Notes under the pieces: generated by a model
Database searches by the model: none
The model's input: the letters and a program-made list of their open reading frames with translations, nothing else
Told to the model about the DNA's origin: nothing
Program-made: the position numbers and the translations under genes
Shown: positions 58,416 through 64,000 of the stretch, piece after piece
Numbering within the stretch: the first letter of the stretch is position 1
Layout: the number at the start of each line of letters is the position of its first letter
Origin: a virus
DNA length: 64,000 nt
Direction: 5' to 3' (one strand)
IMG/VR virus record: IMGVR_UViG_3300008116_000027
Span: 12,886 to 76,885 of that record

Positions 58416-58525
58416 TGTCTAGCAGATTTGTTGTATGTGATATTTGCAACAAAGAGATAGAATTGCGCTGGGCTATTTTTGGAAGCGATACTTTAAGTAG
58501 GCATAGAAAGGCGGAGCACAAGTGA
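58415..58525 (+). CDS. 36-aa C2H2 zinc-finger microprotein
   Basis: GTG start overlaps the upstream stop; MSSRFVVCDICNKEIELRWAIFGSDTLSRHRKAEHK; stop overlaps the next start. Confidence 0.6.
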   Translation: MSSRFVVCDICNKEIELRWAIFGSDTLSRHRKAEHK

Positions 58526-58725
58526 CAACAGTTGTTAAAATCGACTTATCATTTACTAGAAATCTTGGTAATTTTGAAAGTATTAAAATTGGAGTTGGGG
58601 TAGAAGACTCTGTCAGAGATGGAGAAACTGTTAATGATGCTACAGAAAGAGTATATAAATTTGTTGAAGATAAGCTAATAGAAAAAACTCAAGAAGTCGA
58701 GAAAGAGTTAAAGAGTGGCAAATAG
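58522..58725 (+). CDS. hypothetical protein
   Basis: TRNLGNFESIKI motif; coupled overlaps. Confidence 0.7.
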   Translation: MTTVVKIDLSFTRNLGNFESIKIGVGVEDSVRDGETVNDATERVYKFVEDKLIEKTQEVEKELKSGK

Positions 58726-59035
58726 TAAAGAGCCCTATATTCTATTAAGCATATATCAAAATATGTATCAGAATAAATATGGCAAAATGCCATCTCTAAA
58801 TAAATATAGAGAAAAATGGGCCATGCAAGATGTTATTGATAGCATAGGATATAGTCGTGCAAAAGAATTAATAGAGTACTATTTTACTACAGGTAAAAAT
58901 GGCCACCCATTACAATTTTTCTTTTTTAACTTTGATAAAATTGATATAATGGAAAAAGAAATTAAGAAGGATAAAACAAATCGTCGCATTCTTCAAGAAG
59001 CAACCAAAAAATTAGTAGAAGGCGAAAATGAGTGA
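58715..59035 (+). CDS. hypothetical protein upstream of the helicase
   Basis: 106-aa ORF with coupled overlaps. Confidence 0.7.
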   Translation: MANSKEPYILLSIYQNMYQNKYGKMPSLNKYREKWAMQDVIDSIGYSRAKELIEYYFTTGKNGHPLQFFFFNFDKIDIMEKEIKKDKTNRRILQEATKKLVEGENE

Positions 59036-60270
59036 ATACTGAATCAACACTAATATCAGCAGTATGTAAAAACAAAGACATCAGCACATTACTTGCAGAT
59101 AACGTAGATGACCTGTTTACATCTCATCGAGATATCTGGGAAGGTTTAAAGTTATATTATTATAAGTTTAAAGCAGTACCTGAAGTTGGTGTGTTGCAAG
59201 AAAAATTTAAAGACTTTGAACCAGACACTAATGTAAAAGCAGAAACTGGATATTATTTAGATAAATTAAAAAATGAATATTTATCTTCTAGACTAAAAGG
59301 TATTATTCTTCAAAGCGGATCAGCACTAAAAGAAGATGCAGCATCTAGAGTTTTAGCCGATATGCAAAGCAAGCTTGCTAGTTTATCTAGATTTACAAAT
59401 AACGTAAGAGACTTAGATGTAACAGACTTAGATGCAGCAGAAAGACATTTTATGTCTGTTAAAGATAGATCATTAGCAATGGGTGGAAGTCCAGGAATTA
59501 AAACAGGATTTCAAGCAATTGATACAGCATACCCAACTGGAATGGCCCCAGGGCATTTAATTGTTGCAATTGGTTGGCCAGGTAAAGGTAAAACATGGTT
59601 TACTTCATACCTTGCATGTAAAGCTTGGGAGCAAGGATTTAAACCAATGATTATATCTCTAGAAATGTCTCCTGAAAATATGCGTGATCGTATTTATACA
59701 ATGCTTGGATCAGGTTTGTTTAAGGCTAGCGATTTATCAAAAGGTGATATTAATATAGATGATTTTAAATCATGGGGTCAAAAAAAGTTTGAGGGTAAAA
59801 ATAGTTTTGTTCTGGTATCAAATGAAGGAGCAGGGGACGTTACTCCAGCAACCATTCAAGGAAAGATTGATCAGCATAAACCAGACTTAGTTATTTTAGA
59901 TTATCATCAATTGTTTAATGATAATAAAAGAAGTAATTCTGAAGTAGAAAGAAATAGAAACGTATCTCGTGAATTTAAATTGTTAGCTGTAACTAATAAT
60001 ATTCCAGTTATTGATATCACCGCAGCAACTGCAGATGACATTTCTGATCAAGATAATCCCCCAATGATGTCACAGGTTGCTTGGTCTAAGGCAATTGAAT
60101 ATGATGCTGATATGGCTATGGCTATTCATAGATATCCAGGAACTAATTTAATTGAAGTGGTTTCAAGAAAGAATCGTCATGGACATGAATTTGATTTCCA
60201 TTTAGATTGGGATATCAATAGAGGTATTATTAAAGAACTATATGATTATGTACCACCACAAGCCAATTAA
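59032..60270 (+). CDS. dnaB: replicative DNA helicase, DnaB-like (SF4)
   Basis: Walker A GWPGKGKT, SLEMS, ILDYHQL, IEYDAD, KNRHG. Confidence 0.92.
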   Translation: MNTESTLISAVCKNKDISTLLADNVDDLFTSHRDIWEGLKLYYYKFKAVPEVGVLQEKFKDFEPDTNVKAETGYYLDKLKNEYLSSRLKGIILQSGSALKEDAASRVLADMQSKLASLSRFTNNVRDLDVTDLDAAERHFMSVKDRSLAMGGSPGIKTGFQAIDTAYPTGMAPGHLIVAIGWPGKGKTWFTSYLACKAWEQGFKPMIISLEMSPENMRDRIYTMLGSGLFKASDLSKGDINIDDFKSWGQKKFEGKNSFVLVSNEGAGDVTPATIQGKIDQHKPDLVILDYHQLFNDNKRSNSEVERNRNVSREFKLLAVTNNIPVIDITAATADDISDQDNPPMMSQVAWSKAIEYDADMAMAIHRYPGTNLIEVVSRKNRHGHEFDFHLDWDINRGIIKELYDYVPPQAN

Positions 60271-60541
60271 AAGATTTCAAATTGATGTACAGTTTAAGGA
60301 CGATTCAGATCTAATTAGACTTAGAAATCAATATGAAAATATGTTAACTCATCAAATGAGAGACAAAGGATATTCAAGGGTACTTGACATAGACACTGCA
60401 TTTTCAGTAGAATTTACAGGAGAAACATGGAGATTTTTAATGACTCTACATGGGATACATACAGGAAGGCGGAAAGCATGGGAATCAGAGGGAATAACAC
60501 AAGGGAAGTTAGTTCCACGCAATATGCACCAAACCATATAA
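60242..60541 (+). CDS. hypothetical protein
   Basis: 99-aa ORF between helicase and primase. Confidence 0.6.
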   Translation: MIMYHHKPIKRFQIDVQFKDDSDLIRLRNQYENMLTHQMRDKGYSRVLDIDTAFSVEFTGETWRFLMTLHGIHTGRRKAWESEGITQGKLVPRNMHQTI

Positions 60542-61473
60542 AAGCAGTAGTAAAAGAAATTGGTTTAAGGATAATTAGTGAATCAAATAATAACCTAGTT
60601 ATATATTGTCCATTCCATAATAATACACATAGCCCTAGTTTTTATATTAGCGAAGAAAATGGTGCATGGCTATGCTTTAATCCAGCCTGCGGAGAAACTG
60701 GAAACATAATTCAATTAATTAAAAAGGTTACTGGTAAAAATGACTTTGAATCTATTAGGCTAATATCATCAAAAGAATCCGAAGGTCTAGATGATTTTGA
60801 TGAAGCTTTAAATCAAATGTTTGAAGAAAAACCTGACTTTATAGAATTTGATCAAAAGAAATTAGATGACTTAACGATTGAACTTACATTAAATAAGCAA
60901 GCAAGAGACTATTTTGAATCTCGTGGAATCAATCAAGCATCAATGACCTATTTTAAATTAGGATATTCTGAAGCACAAAACATGGTAATTGTCCCAGTCC
61001 ATAGTCCAGACGGAATTCCAGTTGGTTTAGTGGGTAGATCAATTACAGAAAAGAAATTTAAAAATAGCACAAACCTTCCCAAGAATAAAACTTTGTTTAA
61101 TATACATCGTGCTAAAAAAATTGGCGATCATGTCATAATTGTAGAATCAAGTTTTGATGCAATCCGTGTGCATCAATCTGGTTTCCCAAACGTGGTCGCC
61201 ACTCTTGGCGGACATATATCCTCAGACAATATTAATTTATTAAATAGATACTTTAACAAAATTACTATTATGACGGACGCAGACGAAGCTGGAAGAGCAT
61301 TAGGTTTATCAATTTCTAATAAATTAAAAAATAAAGATATCTTGTGGGCATCTTATTCTTATGGTAAGATATATCCTCACAATGCAAAAGATTCAGGAGA
61401 CATGACCGAAGAAGAAATCCAATCTTGTATTAAGAATTCGGTTTCTGATGTAGAATACAAATCCTGGAATTAA
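60427..61473 (+). CDS. dnaG: DNA primase (CHC2 zinc finger and TOPRIM); true start may be ATG60478
   Basis: CPFH...CFNPAC, VESSFD, DADEAG. Confidence 0.88.
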   Translation: MEIFNDSTWDTYRKAESMGIRGNNTREVSSTQYAPNHIKAVVKEIGLRIISESNNNLVIYCPFHNNTHSPSFYISEENGAWLCFNPACGETGNIIQLIKKVTGKNDFESIRLISSKESEGLDDFDEALNQMFEEKPDFIEFDQKKLDDLTIELTLNKQARDYFESRGINQASMTYFKLGYSEAQNMVIVPVHSPDGIPVGLVGRSITEKKFKNSTNLPKNKTLFNIHRAKKIGDHVIIVESSFDAIRVHQSGFPNVVATLGGHISSDNINLLNRYFNKITIMTDADEAGRALGLSISNKLKNKDILWASYSYGKIYPHNAKDSGDMTEEEIQSCIKNSVSDVEYKSWN

Positions 61474-61523
61474 TGATATAATGACCATACAGATGGATAT
61501 ATACCATCACCAAAGGAGAAAAA

Positions 61524-62192
61524 ATGAGTATAGTAAAGGGTCTAAAAGACCTAAATAAAGCACTAGACAAGCCTGTATATTCAGGTGGAGAAGAAAATAA
61601 AGGTCGTTGGTTAAAGATTGAAGACGGAGAAAGCGTAAAAGTTAGATTTCTCCAAGAGTTGGATGCAGATTCTCCCAACTATAACGATAAACTTGGATGT
61701 GGATTTATTGCTTTAGAGCACACTAATCCAAAAGACTACAGACGTAAAGCCTTAGACACAATGGAAACAGAAGGTCGTGACTGGGCAAATGAACAACATC
61801 GCAAAGATCCAAAAGCTGGCTGGAAAGCTAGAACACGTATTTATATAAATGTATTAGTTGATGATGGAAAAAATGAACCATATGTTGCAATATTATCTCA
61901 AGGAACCAGTGGAAAAACAATTACTCCTACCCTTATTGAGTATGCTGGCGAAATGGGAAGCATTACAAACTTAATGTGGCGCATTAAAAGAAATGGCAGC
62001 AAAACGGATACAAGCTATACAATTATCCCATTGGCAAAAGATGAAACACCTTTTGATTTTTCAGGATTAGAGTTATTTGATCTTGAAAAAACTGCCGTAA
62101 GGCATGTTCCATATGCAGAGCAAGAAGCTTTCTATATGGGCGACAGTAACAATGAAGAGACTCACGCCTCAGCAGGCAGCGTAGAGTGGTAA
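61524..62192 (+). CDS. single-stranded DNA-binding protein (gp32-like)
   Basis: LKIEDGESVKVRFL, IKRNG..TDTSY, acidic tail ending in Trp; position in the replication block. Confidence 0.7.
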   Translation: MSIVKGLKDLNKALDKPVYSGGEENKGRWLKIEDGESVKVRFLQELDADSPNYNDKLGCGFIALEHTNPKDYRRKALDTMETEGRDWANEQHRKDPKAGWKARTRIYINVLVDDGKNEPYVAILSQGTSGKTITPTLIEYAGEMGSITNLMWRIKRNGSKTDTSYTIIPLAKDETPFDFSGLELFDLEKTAVRHVPYAEQEAFYMGDSNNEETHASAGSVEW

Positions 62193-62202
62193 TTTAATAA
62201 TC

Positions 62203-62232
62203 TGAGGGGTGGCTATTGCCATCCCTCATTTT
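62203..62232 (+). terminator. intrinsic terminator
   Basis: TGAGGGGTGGC-TATT-GCCATCCCTCA followed by a T-run. Confidence 0.75.
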
Positions 62233-62250
62233 ATTTAGTAGAATCAATAC

Positions 62251-62457
62251 ATGCAAACTTATGAGATACCAGATCCATTTATGGAATTTGTTAGAAACAG
62301 AAACCTTAAACTATCTGGAGCTATATATGATTATTTTGCCAAAGAGTGGAGTTATAAATGCAGTACTTGCCTAGAGGTATTGTATGCTCCAAGTAAAAAA
62401 ATAATAACAAAAACTAGGCTAAGTCATACACGAAATATTTGTTTAGGCGGTTATTAA
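62251..62457 (+). CDS. small zinc-binding protein
   Basis: CSTC...H...C; leaderless after TTGCCA-17-TAGAAT. Confidence 0.65.
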   Translation: MQTYEIPDPFMEFVRNRNLKLSGAIYDYFAKEWSYKCSTCLEVLYAPSKKIITKTRLSHTRNICLGGY

Positions 62458-64000
62458 TGAGTTTTACACACTTACACGTACATAGTTACTACAGCCTAAT
62501 GGATGGCCTTAACTCTCCACTAGAACTAGCACAGGCTGCAAAAGATGCTGGACAGACATCTATTGCCATAACAGATCATGGTACACTTTCATCACATAGA
62601 GAAATGCAATTGGCCTGTAAAGAAATTGGAATTAAACCAATTCTTGGAGTAGAGGCTTACATATCACCAACAGATAGATTTGATAGGTCATCAAAAACAG
62701 ATAAAAGTATTCAGGCATATAATCACATTATCTTATTGGCTAAAAATCAAAATGGATTAAGTAATATAAATAGACTTCAAGAGTTAGCTTGGAATGAAGG
62801 TTTTTATCATAAGCCTAGAATTGACAGGGAGGTTCTAAAAGAATATGCAGAAGATATTATTGTTCTTTCTGGATGCCTTAATGGGCTTATTAGTAAGTGC
62901 ATTGAAAAAGGAAACCTTGAGGAAGCGGAAATTCTACTTAAAGATTTTAAGAAAACTTTTGGCGAAGATTTTTACATTGAAGTACAATCTCATAACCCCA
63001 AAGAAATAAATAGCAATTTATTAGATCTAGCAGATAAATTAAATATAAAGCCAGTAGCAACTGGAGATGCTCATTTTGCTAAAGGAGAAGATAAAATACT
63101 AGAAGAAGCAATGCTTATTCTATCTACATCTCCTAAATCAGATAAAGAAGCAGATTTTGAAATGTCCAAGAATATGAATAATATGCTGGATAGATTTAAT
63201 TACCTGTACCCAGACAGAAGAATATCATTTCAAGACTATAATTTATTTATTCAATCAAGGTCTGAAATTGAGGCTGACTTTAATAAGGCTGGAATTACTC
63301 GTACGGATATATATGATAATACTATTGAGATATCTGAAAAAATTGGAGAATACGATTTTAACAGGGGTTTAGATCTCCTCCCAGTACCTAAGACAGATGC
63401 CGATGAAAAGTTGTCCCAAATGGCCTTTAAAGGCCTAGAAACACTACGCCTGACCTCGTCATGGCTTGGAAATGACGGATATGAACAAAGATTAATTGAA
63501 GAATTAGAAATTATTAAAGATAAAAGCTTTGCATCATATTTCCTAGTAGTAGCAGACATGATTAATTGGGCTAAAGAAAATAATATTATGGTAGGGCCAG
63601 GTCGTGGTTCTGCTGCAGGATCTTTAGTTTGTTATGCTCTTGGAATTACAGATGTAGACCCAATTGAATATGACTTGCTGTTCTTCCGATTTATTAATCC
63701 TGAGCGTAATGACTTTCCAGATATTGATACAGACTTTGAAGACCGTCGTCGTAAAGAGGTTAAAGATTATTTAAAGAAGAAGTTTAAGCATGTGGCTTCT
63801 ATTTCCACCTACACTTATTTTAAAGACAAGGGTGTGATTAGAGATGCTGCTCGTGTATTTATGGTTCCATTGTCCGATGTTAATCGTGCACTAAAACAGA
63901 TAGATACATTTGAAGACTATATGGACTCTCCTAATACAAAAGAGTTTAGATTAAAGTATCCAGAGGTAACTTGGCTAGCAGAAAAGCTAAGAGGAAAGAT
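62457..64000 (+). CDS. dnaE: DNA polymerase III alpha subunit (3' truncated by window edge)
   Basis: Absent from the ORF track because it runs off the end; manual translation gives MSFTHLHVHSYYSLMDG (PHP domain), ITDHG, GPGRGSAAGSLVCYALGIT, RNDFPDIDTDF. Confidence 0.93.
   Translation, partial: MSFTHLHVHSYYSLMDGLNSPLELAQAAKDAGQTSIAITDHGTLSSHREMQLACKEIGIKPILGVEAYISPTDRFDRSSKTDKSIQAYNHIILLAKNQNGLSNINRLQELAWNEGFYHKPRIDREVLKEYAEDIIVLSGCLNGLISKCIEKGNLEEAEILLKDFKKTFGEDFYIEVQSHNPKEINSNLLDLADKLNIKPVATGDAHFAKGEDKILEEAMLILSTSPKSDKEADFEMSKNMNNMLDRFNYLYPDRRISFQDYNLFIQSRSEIEADFNKAGITRTDIYDNTIEISEKIGEYDFNRGLDLLPVPKTDADEKLSQMAFKGLETLRLTSSWLGNDGYEQRLIEELEIIKDKSFASYFLVVADMINWAKENNIMVGPGRGSAAGSLVCYALGITDVDPIEYDLLFFRFINPERNDFPDIDTDFEDRRRKEVKDYLKKKFKHVASISTYTYFKDKGVIRDAARVFMVPLSDVNRALKQIDTFEDYMDSPNTKEFRLKYPEVTWLAEKLRGK

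Noticed and set aside
30642-63559. Numerous short antisense or off-frame ORFs in the track (e.g. 30642-31184, 38282-38758, 55694-55981, 63251-63559)
   Set aside because: They overlap well-supported plus-strand genes and lack motifs or initiation signals.
1-64000. Stop-codon reassignment or alternative genetic code
   Set aside because: Core genes are full length under the standard code, and TAA, TAG and TGA all occur at sensible gene ends.
1-64000. tRNA, rRNA, integrase, transposase or terminase genes
   Set aside because: No cloverleaf or diagnostic motifs recognised by eye; tRNAscan-SE and HMM searches would be needed to exclude them formally.

Overview
This window is an AT-rich 64-kb segment of a large lytic tailed phage with a long-tail (siphovirus-type) morphogenesis module. 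The host is probably an actinobacterium: many genes look leaderless, one protein has a PASTA domain, and the DnaB/DnaG/SSB/DnaE block resembles that of large actinophages. This host call is inference only. Left to right: (1) an accessory region with 2OG-Fe(II) oxygenases, small ORFs, two candidate structured RNAs, a lysozyme-like enzyme, a GT4 glycosyltransferase, class II RNR (nrdJ) and a holin-like gene; (2) a long block of fibre/virion-surface genes; (3) portal, prohead protease, major capsid, head-tail and major tail genes, tail chaperones with a -1 slippery site, a 2127-aa tape measure and tail-tip genes; (4) a replication block ending in a truncated dnaE. The most striking feature is at 13.6-26.1 kb. 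Two copies of a two-gene module (a fibre protein, then an FN3- or PASTA-domain protein carrying a pure Pro/Phe/Tyr repeat and a C-terminal Hint domain) bracket a separately promoted nine-gene cluster that contains seven prolyl-hydroxylase-like oxygenases. A second Pro-repeat (VTPA) virion protein at 51.6-53.9 kb is also followed by oxygenase genes. Together these suggest a phage-encoded system for autoprocessing and post-translationally hydroxylating Pro-rich virion proteins or peptides. All product calls come from motif recognition by eye; no database searches were run.
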